A stretch of 64,000 nt of DNA from a virus, in the IMG/VR virus record IMGVR_UViG_3300045988_067909; one strand, 5' to 3'. Shown in pieces: positions 37,779 to 48,068 of this stretch. The first letter of the stretch is position 1. Each line of letters begins with the position of its first letter. The notes under the pieces are model-generated. The model ran no database searches and was not told the origin of the DNA. It saw only the letters and a list, made by a program, of their open reading frames with translations. A program made the position numbers and the translations under genes.

Positions 37779-40097
37779 TTATACCTCTACAACGTCAGTC
37801 AATTTAGCAAACTCTTCTGGGAATAGTTCTGCAAATGTAGCAGTATCTCCAGTATAGGATGCAACTTCTTCCCAAGTCTTAGTTGTGTAGTTATAACGTT
37901 TAGTTTTATCTTTAGTAAATAAAGCTAAACGATAACGGCAAGCATTAGCACTAGTCACTAGAGGATTAGTTTCATCTACTAAGATATGAACGTACTTAGC
38001 ATTATATTCACCCTTTTCTGGTGTGATGATATGATGCTTACCAGTACGGTCATAGTATAAACCACCTTGCCATGCAGATACTGCACAGTTACCATCTAAG
38101 ATAATTTCCATAGGAGCTTCTGGTACAGCAACTTCATCCGAAGTTACACCAGTAACTTTACCTTGTTTATCTTCTAAACGGAAAGGCACAATTGTAATAT
38201 CGGTACCTTTGATAGTTTTGATGCTACGGTTATAGAAGTATGGTACGTATTTAGTATATTTACTTGGTTCGCCATATACTGTTTCACCAACAATAACTAA
38301 GTTTTCAATATCACTTAAAGAACCATCATGTGTTTTATGTTTAAGATAAACACGATAGTCTGATTCTAAGTAGTATTGTGCTAAGACATTGTCATAAGTT
38401 GTATATGTTTTAGTATCAGCATCATATCCACGATCTGATTCAACTAATAGATGAACATCTGCATTTTGTCTATCGATAAGATTATTCTTATAGAAATCAA
38501 CGAGATGGTACATTGATGGTGTATTGATAGGATCAGGAGAGATGTTTAAGCTATAAATGCTTCTACCATCACTTGTAGTATTTTCGCTTGCCCCATCATT
38601 AACTTCACTACCATCGAATGGGAAATCTGCATCACAATATACTGCTTTAGTGAAATCCCAAGCGTATTTCTTATTAGGGATAATCATAGTATTTGTTTTA
38701 TTATGGTATAAACCACTACTATCACCTAAAGCATATACCGTTTGACCATACTCAGTGTTGGCATATTTCAATGCGCTAGCATCAGTAAGTGTAACAGTAT
38801 AATCTGTAGCTGTTGGGTTATAGTTCTTAAATGTATTTTGTGCTACATCATCGTTAAATTTATAATACTTATAATCTTCTTCTGTAGGAACAAGATAATC
38901 GAACCATTGTCTGTACATATAATGGAACTCTTTATCTTTATTTACGACCCATTCTAATTGACAATAATCGAAGTATTTAGTAAAATCATGGGTCACTACA
39001 GATACGCTTAATTTAACTAGCTTGTCGGCTTCTTTAATTAAGAACGCTGTCATTTCTTCTGTAGGTTCTACAGCAATAAGTGTATAGTATTGGAAACTTA
39101 CATCTGCAATAGTAGCATAGTCAGAAATCTTACTAATATTATTCTTAACGTATTCATTATCAGGATTCAAAGTAGAATTGATAAGATTGAATTTAGATTT
39201 CCCTTTAGGTACATAGATTTTGAATGCTGATGTTTTATTACCACCATGAATACCAATTACGCCAATAGTATTTTGTCTACCATATTGACCCATACCAGCA
39301 CGGTTACGTAGAATAAGTTCTTCGTCCATGATAATAGTATCAGTAACAACTGCTTTTACATTAGGGTTACCAGACACAACAAATTGGTCACATTTAATTA
39401 CTGCAGCATATGGAGACTTGCCATTGATATAGAAGTCAGATGTATATTCAGGTAAAGATACTGTTCCTTTACATTCGAAAACATCACTGGTATCTTCTAT
39501 TTCAGCAGTGCTTAACATAGTTAATTCATCTTCAGTAAGATCTGCTTTTGTTTTCAATACGATGCTATCATCATTAAGATTTACTCTAAGACTATATGTA
39601 GGCTCATCATTATACAAATCAGTATACTTAGGCATACGATAGCAAGTATTGCATAATTGACCAAAATGACGTTTACCGAAGTTAATAGTAATATTACGTT
39701 TATCCGAAGGTGTTTGTTCCATAAAGGATTTTGTTGGCCATTGGATAAGATAGTTCTTATCGTCTGGTACTGTATATGTAGTCAATCCAGGAATAGCACC
39801 AATACTATTATGGTCAATCATTTCAGAAGAAGCAGAATACATAAAACCATTACTGATATTTACAGAGCCACCAGCTAAGCCAGTAACCACATCAGCAGCT
39901 TTAATCTTTTCTTCTACTTTATTGGAGATTTTCTTTACATCATTAGCTAGACCTGCTGTAGTATTAGCAGCTGCTACCCCTGTTTCAGAGATAGCTGCTT
40001 TTACATTTTCAAGATCTTTTTTAATTTCTTTAAACCCATTTTTGATATTTTCTAAAATGAGTTCAGTAGTATTTTTTGTATTTTCAATTTCTGCCAT
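37779..40097 (-). CDS. Putative tail spike or receptor-binding protein, 772 aa (paralog of 40118-42487)
   Basis: GGAGGT ribosome-binding site. N-terminal 120 aa and C-terminal 40 aa are similar to the 789-aa neighbour, while the central regions are divergent. Confidence 0.55.
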   Translation of the reverse strand: MAEIENTKNTTELILENIKNGFKEIKKDLENVKAAISETGVAAANTTAGLANDVKKISNKVEEKIKAADVVTGLAGGSVNISNGFMYSASSEMIDHNSIGAIPGLTTYTVPDDKNYLIQWPTKSFMEQTPSDKRNITINFGKRHFGQLCNTCYRMPKYTDLYNDEPTYSLRVNLNDDSIVLKTKADLTEDELTMLSTAEIEDTSDVFECKGTVSLPEYTSDFYINGKSPYAAVIKCDQFVVSGNPNVKAVVTDTIIMDEELILRNRAGMGQYGRQNTIGVIGIHGGNKTSAFKIYVPKGKSKFNLINSTLNPDNEYVKNNISKISDYATIADVSFQYYTLIAVEPTEEMTAFLIKEADKLVKLSVSVVTHDFTKYFDYCQLEWVVNKDKEFHYMYRQWFDYLVPTEEDYKYYKFNDDVAQNTFKNYNPTATDYTVTLTDASALKYANTEYGQTVYALGDSSGLYHNKTNTMIIPNKKYAWDFTKAVYCDADFPFDGSEVNDGASENTTSDGRSIYSLNISPDPINTPSMYHLVDFYKNNLIDRQNADVHLLVESDRGYDADTKTYTTYDNVLAQYYLESDYRVYLKHKTHDGSLSDIENLVIVGETVYGEPSKYTKYVPYFYNRSIKTIKGTDITIVPFRLEDKQGKVTGVTSDEVAVPEAPMEIILDGNCAVSAWQGGLYYDRTGKHHIITPEKGEYNAKYVHILVDETNPLVTSANACRYRLALFTKDKTKRYNYTTKTWEEVASYTGDTATFAELFPEEFAKLTDVVEV

Positions 40098-40117
40098 TTA
40101 TACCTCCATATATTATA

Positions 40118-42487
40118 TTAACCACCTACTGGGCCATTACCAGGTTCAGAACTGAATGCACCAATAGGTTTAGGATCAAATTCATCTGGTGTTACATTAG
40201 CGATTTCTTCCCATACTTGTTTCTTATAGTTATATTTCTTAGATTTATCCATAGTGTATAATGGTAAACGTAAGAATCTGAATTTTTGATCATTAACGAT
40301 AGTATCATTTTCTTCTACTAATACATTAATGAATTTAGTATATTCAGTTACATAAGCGTCTGGTGTATAACGATCATTTTCATTTGTACGATCTTTATAA
40401 GGGCCATCGATAACATCACCAAATTTACAATTATGAAGTTTAATAACCATAGGTTGTGCGGGTGTTTTAAAATATAGATCATTATCTGTAATATTTAATA
40501 TAGTCATTGCACCACCTTGAGTGATACACTTACCAATCCTACAGTTAGTCAATTCCATGTCTTTAATATGTCTATTATAGATAATAGGAACCATATTACT
40601 TTCTTCTATATTTTGACCTGTACGATCAATTACTACATGTTCGATAGGAGTCTTACTAACTGTCAAATACCTAAATTCACTATTAGCATTGAGCATATCA
40701 ATATCATTATTAGATAAATGCGAACCATCAGTAGCCGACAATACAATATCAACACGCCCGGTATCTCCAGTTTCTACATATAAGCCAGACAATGGGAATT
40801 CTTGGCTACTATATAATGGTCCAGGCATTACACTTAAATCTAATGTAATAGTGTGTTTACCATTAACTTCAGGAGCCGCATTAATATCAAATCCGGCAGC
40901 AAAGAATTTAGGGAAGTCTTGTTCGCACATTTCTAGACGTTTGTTTAATTTCCAAGTGTAGTTAGGGTTTTGGAAGAATATTGTAGTAGATTTACGTATA
41001 CCATATGCTCCATCTAATTTATAGAAATTTGCATTATCAGCTTTAGCATTATTTACAATATCCTCAAAAAATGAAATATTGTTCCAATCAGTGATATCTA
41101 ATTTCACTCTATCACTACCATCAGCAGTAATATCAAAACGATTTTTTAATCTTTGTACCATTGACGCAAGTGCATTTACATAGACAAATGGTGGATCAAT
41201 AGCTCTATTATTTACCGGCAACCAATTAACCCATGAACGTGTTTCATCTACCAAATCTGCTGAATTAATCCATTTCATACTATTGAAATCGAATATTTCA
41301 CTACGATCATAAGTATACACATCAATATCTAAATAAGCTAATTTCTTGATATTAGCAATAATACTATCTGTCATAGCATCAGTTTTCTTTACTAAGATAT
41401 TCATTAATGGATCTTTGATATTTTCACGTACTAAACATAACCATTCAGATGGATCTGGATATGTAAATGTAGGATTAGTTGGGCCATATCCATCAATAAC
41501 TAATGTTTCTGCATCAATGTACACATCAGTTTTAGTATGGTCATATGTTACCGTTTGATAGCCACCGGATGCAGGATCATATTCTAAACCATCTTCACGT
41601 TTAGAATGAGCAAAACCGGCAACTAGATAAAGACCATTAATTTGCACAGATTTACAAATTACAGCTTTGAGTTTACCATGATGACCAGCTACAAAATGGT
41701 CAGCAATAGCAATGGAGTTTCCAACTAGGTTATTATTGATATACCATTTACAATCATACTTAGGAACTGATAATTGGTTTTCTTCCGGTAAAGATGTAGA
41801 GATGTCGAAATGGATCACATTATCATCTGTAGTTACACCAGATTTTTCTAAATGGAAAGTGTCTATAGTTGTTTGATCAACTTTAGTATCTGTAGTGATA
41901 CGGTCATCGGTAAGATGTACTTCCAAATCAAAATCAGAACCACGGTAAACATCAGTTTTAAAATCTGTAATATCTTGACCAAAACCAGTATTACTTAGAC
42001 GATTTGTATTATTTTTACTGAAGTGTAATTTTATCAATGGTTTCTCTAAATTACCATATATAGATGCAACTATAGGATCACTACTATTTTTTAAATCCAT
42101 CAATAATCCTCTATCGTTAGTAATAGCACTGTTTGTAGGCCAAGTCATTTGATACATCATATTATCAGGAACCACATAATCAATTTTATTACTAAGGATT
42201 TCTGTATTATCAGCTTTCATATAATTGTAGCTATTATGGAAGATAAAACCACCAACCATATCAAGAGTACCATTATTTAAACCTCTGATTTCGCTAGTAG
42301 ACTTAATTACATCGGTAACTTTAGTTTGGATTTTAGCTATTTCTTCAGATAAGTTTTTTGTAGTACCACTGGATGGAACACCAGCAGCCTCAATAGCTTT
42401 CTTAGCTTCAGTGATATCTTTTTGTACATCAGCAAAACCAGCAGCGATATTATCAAATATTTTACTAGTTAATGTTTCTTTCGCCAT
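40118..42487 (-). CDS. Putative tail spike or receptor-binding protein, 789 aa (paralog of 37779-40097)
   Basis: GGAGGAGAATA ribosome-binding site. TAATG stop/start overlap with the upstream gene. Shared terminal modules (e.g. ...YNYxxKxWEE...). Confidence 0.55.
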   Translation of the reverse strand: MAKETLTSKIFDNIAAGFADVQKDITEAKKAIEAAGVPSSGTTKNLSEEIAKIQTKVTDVIKSTSEIRGLNNGTLDMVGGFIFHNSYNYMKADNTEILSNKIDYVVPDNMMYQMTWPTNSAITNDRGLLMDLKNSSDPIVASIYGNLEKPLIKLHFSKNNTNRLSNTGFGQDITDFKTDVYRGSDFDLEVHLTDDRITTDTKVDQTTIDTFHLEKSGVTTDDNVIHFDISTSLPEENQLSVPKYDCKWYINNNLVGNSIAIADHFVAGHHGKLKAVICKSVQINGLYLVAGFAHSKREDGLEYDPASGGYQTVTYDHTKTDVYIDAETLVIDGYGPTNPTFTYPDPSEWLCLVRENIKDPLMNILVKKTDAMTDSIIANIKKLAYLDIDVYTYDRSEIFDFNSMKWINSADLVDETRSWVNWLPVNNRAIDPPFVYVNALASMVQRLKNRFDITADGSDRVKLDITDWNNISFFEDIVNNAKADNANFYKLDGAYGIRKSTTIFFQNPNYTWKLNKRLEMCEQDFPKFFAAGFDINAAPEVNGKHTITLDLSVMPGPLYSSQEFPLSGLYVETGDTGRVDIVLSATDGSHLSNNDIDMLNANSEFRYLTVSKTPIEHVVIDRTGQNIEESNMVPIIYNRHIKDMELTNCRIGKCITQGGAMTILNITDNDLYFKTPAQPMVIKLHNCKFGDVIDGPYKDRTNENDRYTPDAYVTEYTKFINVLVEENDTIVNDQKFRFLRLPLYTMDKSKKYNYKKQVWEEIANVTPDEFDPKPIGAFSSEPGNGPVGG

Positions 42488-44532
42488 TATTCTCCTCCAC
42501 GAAGATCTCTAACCATCTTTTCTAATTTAGATAGAGAAGAATTTAATTCATCTCTGGTAATGTATTCGCTAGTAGAAGCAGTTGTTGAACCACCACTAAC
42601 AGGAACCCAACCAGATGCTGTTTTAGTATAGATTGTATTTGTAGATGTAACTAAGCATACAGACCCGTTAGGTGCAGTAGCATCTAGATCAGATACGTTA
42701 GCTACAGGGGCTTTCCAAGTACTAACTGTAGTTACACTAGCACCAGCAGAACCAGATTCGGATAATTCATTAGCAACGAATAAACCATTAGTACCTAATG
42801 TAGCTTTAATGGTGTCATTATACACGAAGTCTAATGCACCACCAGTACCAGGTTTAATAGTCCAGTTTTCACCAATAGTTGCCTTATTAGTAGCAGCATC
42901 GAGTTTAGCTAAGAATTTAAGATCAGCTTCAGCTTTAGTATATGTATCATTCCAACGAGTCTTTTCATCTGTAGTTACAAACTTATGAGTTGCATCTTCA
43001 GTAATCATAGTAGCTGGATGTGTAGCAGGATGCTCATAATTAGTAGCACCCTCTTCGATGCCATCTAATTTAAGCTTATCTTCTTTAGACATCTTACCAT
43101 CAATGGTATTAGTAGCTAATGGGATATTTACGCTAGAGATAGTATCCCATGTAGTACCATTATAACGATAGATAGAACCAGTACTAGTTACAGGAACTAC
43201 CATACCTTTCTTAGGTGTAGTATATGTAGTTGCAATATCACTATAATTAGCAACACCAGGTTTCCAATCCATAGAAGAAGCAACTGCATCAAGTTTAGCA
43301 GTCAATTCTGCATTAGATGGTAAATCACTAAGTTTAGATTTTTCATCTGGAGTCATGAATTTACGATTAGTATCTTCAGTGACAATAGCAGATGGGATTG
43401 CTGTTACATTAACTACAGTTTCAGTTTTACCATCAATGATAGATTCAGAAGCAGTGATACCACTGAATTTCATTTTATATGGTGTAGCTAATGCTGCTGC
43501 TTTAGCTGCTGTACCAGTGATATTAATATCCATGCTACTAGGGTTAGCACCAGCAATAACATGTCCCTCACGGTCTACTAATACTTGACTAAAACTACCT
43601 GCAGTTAGGTCAGTAGAAGTCTTAGGATGTACATATACAGTATCTGTGAATTTAGCATTAGCTGGTACACTAGAACCAACAGTAAACCCACGTACAGTAT
43701 CAGCATCAATATTACCTAAAGATGATCGATCAATTTGTAAATTAGTTACATTAAGATTGATATTACCATTAGCATCAGGTCCTGTAGATGCTGCTGTAAT
43801 TTTACCAGAAGCACTTACAGTCTTTATACTATTAACTGCATTATTGTTTCTCTTAACCCAATCTTTAATACGTTCAACTTCGATATTAACGAATGATGTA
43901 TTAGCAATTTTAGAAGAGATATCTCCAGCAGCAGCTGTTGGTACAGTTGGAGTACCAATGAAGTTAGGAGAATCTTTTAATGCAATATCACCAGCATTAA
44001 GACCAGCAATAGATTCAGCAGACTTAGCTTTAGCTGCAATACCACTAATATTTATATCATAAGTACCAGCTGATAAGTTTGATGGACCAAATTTACCATT
44101 AATAGCACTAGCATCAATAGATGTGACATTTAAAGTTACATTATTAGAACCGTCGAATAAAACAGATGGAGCCGTTACCCCACCTGTAAGTGCAAAGGTT
44201 ACAGTACCTTTAAGTCTGTCAGCAGTCTTAGCTCTCTCTGGAGTAAGACCATATAGAGCATTGTGCACAAATCTAGTAGTAGCAATAGTATCATTCCGAG
44301 TATTCAACTCAGGAGTAGGTGCTGTTGGTCTACCAGTAAATGCTGGATCATTAATAGGTGCTTTGGAATTCCAAAACATTTTTTCGATACCAGTTACATG
44401 AACCTCATTATCATTCATATGTCGATTCAAACTCTTTTGGAGATTTTTATCAGAGCTATTAATGAGTTCCCTCAAATCTGGGGATAAATCATTATAGGTT
44501 ATCAGATCGTATTTTTCATTGAAATCTGGCAT
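42487..44532 (-). CDS. Tail-fibre-like protein, 681 aa, with the family N-terminal motif (HVTGIEKMFWN)
   Basis: Start taken at the internal ATG 7 nt after AAAGGAGG (reverse complement of 44541-44548) rather than the track start at 44571. The motif is shared with the fibre paralogs at 45705-54272. Confidence 0.6.
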   Translation of the reverse strand: MPDFNEKYDLITYNDLSPDLRELINSSDKNLQKSLNRHMNDNEVHVTGIEKMFWNSKAPINDPAFTGRPTAPTPELNTRNDTIATTRFVHNALYGLTPERAKTADRLKGTVTFALTGGVTAPSVLFDGSNNVTLNVTSIDASAINGKFGPSNLSAGTYDINISGIAAKAKSAESIAGLNAGDIALKDSPNFIGTPTVPTAAAGDISSKIANTSFVNIEVERIKDWVKRNNNAVNSIKTVSASGKITAASTGPDANGNINLNVTNLQIDRSSLGNIDADTVRGFTVGSSVPANAKFTDTVYVHPKTSTDLTAGSFSQVLVDREGHVIAGANPSSMDINITGTAAKAAALATPYKMKFSGITASESIIDGKTETVVNVTAIPSAIVTEDTNRKFMTPDEKSKLSDLPSNAELTAKLDAVASSMDWKPGVANYSDIATTYTTPKKGMVVPVTSTGSIYRYNGTTWDTISSVNIPLATNTIDGKMSKEDKLKLDGIEEGATNYEHPATHPATMITEDATHKFVTTDEKTRWNDTYTKAEADLKFLAKLDAATNKATIGENWTIKPGTGGALDFVYNDTIKATLGTNGLFVANELSESGSAGASVTTVSTWKAPVANVSDLDATAPNGSVCLVTSTNTIYTKTASGWVPVSGGSTTASTSEYITRDELNSSLSKLEKMVRDLRGGE

Positions 44533-44611
44533 TATATAGCCTCCTTTCACCAATTTACTACTATGTTTCAACAGTACTATAATCGTTGACTATAGGAGGT
44601 TAATAATAACT

Positions 44612-45169
44612 ATGGCAATTAGAAAAGTATTTTTAAATCCTGGCCACGACCCTAAACTTAATGGAAGTGGCTATGCTATCGACCCAGGTGCTGTAGGCTC
44701 TCGCACTACAGAAGCCGAAGTTGTTAAAAAAATTGGTGCATTAGTAAGCCAATATCTTCAAGCTGTAGGTTATGAAACTTACATTATGCAAGATGATGAC
44801 TTAGACGCAGTATGTGAAGCAGCTAACCAATGGGATGCTGATATCTTTGTATCTATTCACTGTAATAGTGCAGAAAATCCAGCAGCTGAGGGTACTGAAA
44901 CATTTACTCATACTAGTGCAGGTCCTAACTCCTTATCTACTAAATTGGCTATTAATATCGACAATCAATTAGTTAATTCTTTAGACTTATATGATCGTGG
45001 TATTAAATCTGCCAACTTCTGGGTATTGCGTAAAACTGATATGCCAGCAGTATTGGTTGAAACAGCATTCATCAATAACCCAAAAGAAGAAGATAAGCTT
45101 ATTAATCAAGTAGATGAGTTTGCTAAAGCTATTGCTCGTGGCATCTCTGATACTGCAGCTCAAGTATAA
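44612..45169 (+). CDS. N-acetylmuramoyl-L-alanine amidase (Amidase_3 family), probable endolysin catalytic module
   Basis: FLNPGHD...DPGA, IHCNS, ETFxHT, DRGIK...NFWVLR...MPAVLVETAFINN match MurNAc-LAA / CwlA-type signatures. GGAGG ribosome-binding site. Confidence 0.7.
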   Translation: MAIRKVFLNPGHDPKLNGSGYAIDPGAVGSRTTEAEVVKKIGALVSQYLQAVGYETYIMQDDDLDAVCEAANQWDADIFVSIHCNSAENPAAEGTETFTHTSAGPNSLSTKLAINIDNQLVNSLDLYDRGIKSANFWVLRKTDMPAVLVETAFINNPKEEDKLINQVDEFAKAIARGISDTAAQV

Positions 45170-45177
45170 TCTATATC

Positions 45178-45612
45178 ATGAATACTGCTGCCGATGTAGA
45201 AAAAGCTCTCCAAATAGATACCGTACCGTCATTAAATTCAGAAGAAATTCAATATAATGGTAATATAGTAGCCTATCAAGGAGACTATTATATCTTTATC
45301 GACGGTAAATGGTCTAAGTTAGGTAAACAGGTATCATCTAGTACTAGTAGCCTAACTGAAAATGAAATAGAAGATATGGAGCCTGAAGAAATGGATGATA
45401 CTGGTAAACCATACTACAAATCTAGAGTATACTTTTACCCTCTAAATATAATTAAGATAGTAACTGTAATATTCTGTGGTATAGCTTTAATGTATTCTTT
45501 ATTCATTCAATCAGAGACTGTAGCGGCTACACTTGCTGGTGGGTTATTAACCTATTTGAGCCGTGGTAGTTCTGGATCTACTACAAACAATTATCAAAAG
45601 AATGATAAGTAA
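45178..45612 (+). CDS. Membrane protein, 144 aa (candidate holin-like partner of the amidase)
   Basis: Hydrophobic helix IVTVIFCGIALMYSLFI. Weak ribosome-binding site. Adjacent to the amidase. Confidence 0.45.
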   Translation: MNTAADVEKALQIDTVPSLNSEEIQYNGNIVAYQGDYYIFIDGKWSKLGKQVSSSTSSLTENEIEDMEPEEMDDTGKPYYKSRVYFYPLNIIKIVTVIFCGIALMYSLFIQSETVAATLAGGLLTYLSRGSSGSTTNNYQKNDK

Positions 45613-45704
45613 GAAAGATATAAGCCCTAATGGTTATATGCCATTAGGGCCATCTTTTGGCTTACTTGAACATCCCAGTAATTCTAAAATAGGAGGTTAA
45701 AACT

Positions 45705-46736
45705 ATGCCAGAGCAAATCAATTATGATTTAGATAGAGACAAGCTTGGTTTAAATGAGCTTAGTCTTAAACTGCGTGATATGGTTACAAAATCATTTAAT
45801 CATACTAAAGATGATGTAATACATATCACTGCAGAAGAGCGAGCATTATGGAATACTGTAGCAACTATTCCTAATGTAAGCAATAATAATAATGGCTTTA
45901 TGTCTATAGCTGATAAAGTTAAATTAGATGGAATAGAAGAGCAAGCCAACCATTATGTACACCCTAAGAAACCTAATGCTGTTCCTGGTAACTATATTAC
46001 AGTAGATATTGATGATGAGGGCCATGTCACTCGTGGATATAACCCAACTAAGTTGCCTATTACTGTAGATAATGCTGATAGATTAGGTGGGTTAGTACCA
46101 GGAGACTTTGCTCCTATAGCTAATCCAATCTTCTTAGGTAAACCACAAGCACCGACTCCAGTAATTAGTGCTGACAGTACCAAGATGGAAATAGTCAATG
46201 TGAAGTATTTAGAATCTCATATCTTCCCTTATGTAAGATCTCGTGTAGAACCAACTGGTGATGGAGAAAATCTATTCTGGATTGATTCTACAAACATCTT
46301 AAGCTCTTATAGTAAAGAAAAGAAATGGCATTCTGTATATACAGAAGCTAGTAAGTATATGCTTGCATTAAATGAAAAGATTGATGTAAATACTCAGCCA
46401 TCTGACTATGCAGCATATCTAAAGTTCTATGGACAAAAGAAATTATCTGCATTAAACTTAGATACAACTATTACTGGTGCTAGAACTGAAGAGTTTGCTA
46501 CAGTAATGGGTATGAGAGCTGTTGACCAAGATATCTCCCATGAGTTTATCTTTATTGGTAACGACTTATTCATCCGTAGTGGTGCAGATAACTGGGATAG
46601 CCTAGTTAAAATCTTTGATAGCAACGATGAAACTATAGCAAAAACTAAGAAAGCTATGGAATTTGATATAGATAACGGAAGCCTAGTAGTTAATAGTGGT
46701 GGTAAGAAATATAAAGTCACCCTAACTGAGGTATAG
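45705..46736 (+). CDS. Tail fibre or receptor-binding protein paralog 1 (343 aa)
   Basis: AGGAGG ribosome-binding site. N-terminal HITAEERALWN then FMSIADKVKLDGIEEQANHYVHP then GHV..GYNP module shared with four neighbours. Confidence 0.65.
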   Translation: MPEQINYDLDRDKLGLNELSLKLRDMVTKSFNHTKDDVIHITAEERALWNTVATIPNVSNNNNGFMSIADKVKLDGIEEQANHYVHPKKPNAVPGNYITVDIDDEGHVTRGYNPTKLPITVDNADRLGGLVPGDFAPIANPIFLGKPQAPTPVISADSTKMEIVNVKYLESHIFPYVRSRVEPTGDGENLFWIDSTNILSSYSKEKKWHSVYTEASKYMLALNEKIDVNTQPSDYAAYLKFYGQKKLSALNLDTTITGARTEEFATVMGMRAVDQDISHEFIFIGNDLFIRSGADNWDSLVKIFDSNDETIAKTKKAMEFDIDNGSLVVNSGGKKYKVTLTEV

Positions 46737-46746
46737 GAGGTTTATT

Positions 46747-48054
46747 ATGTCATATCATGATAGACAAAGTCTAAATCAAACTATTCCTAGGCATATATCC
46801 AAACAGGAACTATCTCCATCATTACGTAATCGTATACAAGATGAGTATGATCATATATACAATCATACTCTACATATTACAGAAGAAGAACGTTATAGAT
46901 GGAATCAATCAGCTAAACGTGTACTTAAACCAGCTACTGTATATGCTGATGGGTTAATGACTAAAGAAGATAAAGCTAAATTAGATAGTATCGAAGTTAA
47001 AGCTAATAAATACGTGCACCCATTCTCTAATGTAACACCTGGTAGTTATCTTGAAGTGACTACTGATGGATTAGGGCATGTAATATATGGTAATAACCCA
47101 GCTAGACTTAATATAAGAGCTAGAAACGCTACTAAGTTAGGTAATATAAACCCAGATGAATTTGTATCACCTAATAATGCATTCCTAAAGGGTAATGTAT
47201 CATTTAGAAAGTATCCTAATGATATAGATCATCTTAATTACCCTATAACTAAGAAAGATCTAGTTGACCAATCATTAACTACAAGCTATTATATTAGTGA
47301 TGACACTACGCCTAATCTGAATAAGATTAGAATTAGTCCGACTACAAATGTAGCATCTTATTATGATGCTGACTCTAATAGCTGGGTTAATATAACTCTA
47401 CCTAATAATATTGCTAGATTAGATTCTAATGGTAAAGTTCCATTGAATCTTATGCCAACACAAGGTCTTCCTATAGGAGCTATTATACCAACACTAAGTG
47501 CTAGTATAGATCTTATGAAAATAGATGGATTCTTACCATTAACTGGTATTGAAGTGATGAAGAATGAATACTTAGATTTATATAACTTTGCTAAGTCATC
47601 TAATATACTTGTACCATATTCTGAATATAGTAAGTTTGAACGATTACCATCTATTGGATTCTTCTTTGATAATGGTAATACTTTCATATTACCTAAGTTA
47701 AACGATTTCTTATGTGCTACTAGCAATATTAGTGATACTGGTAGATACACTCCATCATGTACACCTAGACAGACTAGTACGTTTAATACTATGGCTAAGA
47801 ATGACTTCCTAAAAGAGTTTGACTATAATAATAGAAATGCTGTAAATGAAAGACTATCTTGTTATACTGGTGCATTTAGAATGGTGGACAGTTTAGGTCA
47901 GGCAACTAGTGGTGGTGGTTTTGTAAGAGCTAGAAATATTAATAATAATATATTACTTACAAAGTTCAATTCCAATGAAGGAAATGATAATGACTGTACT
48001 ATAAATGAACCAGCTCATTTTAATACTATATACATGATTAAAGCTAAATACTAA
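46747..48054 (+). CDS. Tail fibre or receptor-binding protein paralog 2 (435 aa)
   Basis: HITEEERYRWN, GLMTKEDKAKLDSIEVKANKYVHP. C-terminus ...IYMIKAKY. Confidence 0.65.
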   Translation: MSYHDRQSLNQTIPRHISKQELSPSLRNRIQDEYDHIYNHTLHITEEERYRWNQSAKRVLKPATVYADGLMTKEDKAKLDSIEVKANKYVHPFSNVTPGSYLEVTTDGLGHVIYGNNPARLNIRARNATKLGNINPDEFVSPNNAFLKGNVSFRKYPNDIDHLNYPITKKDLVDQSLTTSYYISDDTTPNLNKIRISPTTNVASYYDADSNSWVNITLPNNIARLDSNGKVPLNLMPTQGLPIGAIIPTLSASIDLMKIDGFLPLTGIEVMKNEYLDLYNFAKSSNILVPYSEYSKFERLPSIGFFFDNGNTFILPKLNDFLCATSNISDTGRYTPSCTPRQTSTFNTMAKNDFLKEFDYNNRNAVNERLSCYTGAFRMVDSLGQATSGGGFVRARNINNNILLTKFNSNEGNDNDCTINEPAHFNTIYMIKAKY

Positions 48055-48068
48055 AGAAAGGAGAAGCT

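Noticed and set aside
42487-44571. Track start at 44571 for the 694-aa fibre-like ORF
   Set aside because: There is no ribosome-binding site before that ATG. An ATG 13 codons downstream (44532) sits 7 nt after AAAGGAGG, so the shorter 681-aa product is preferred.
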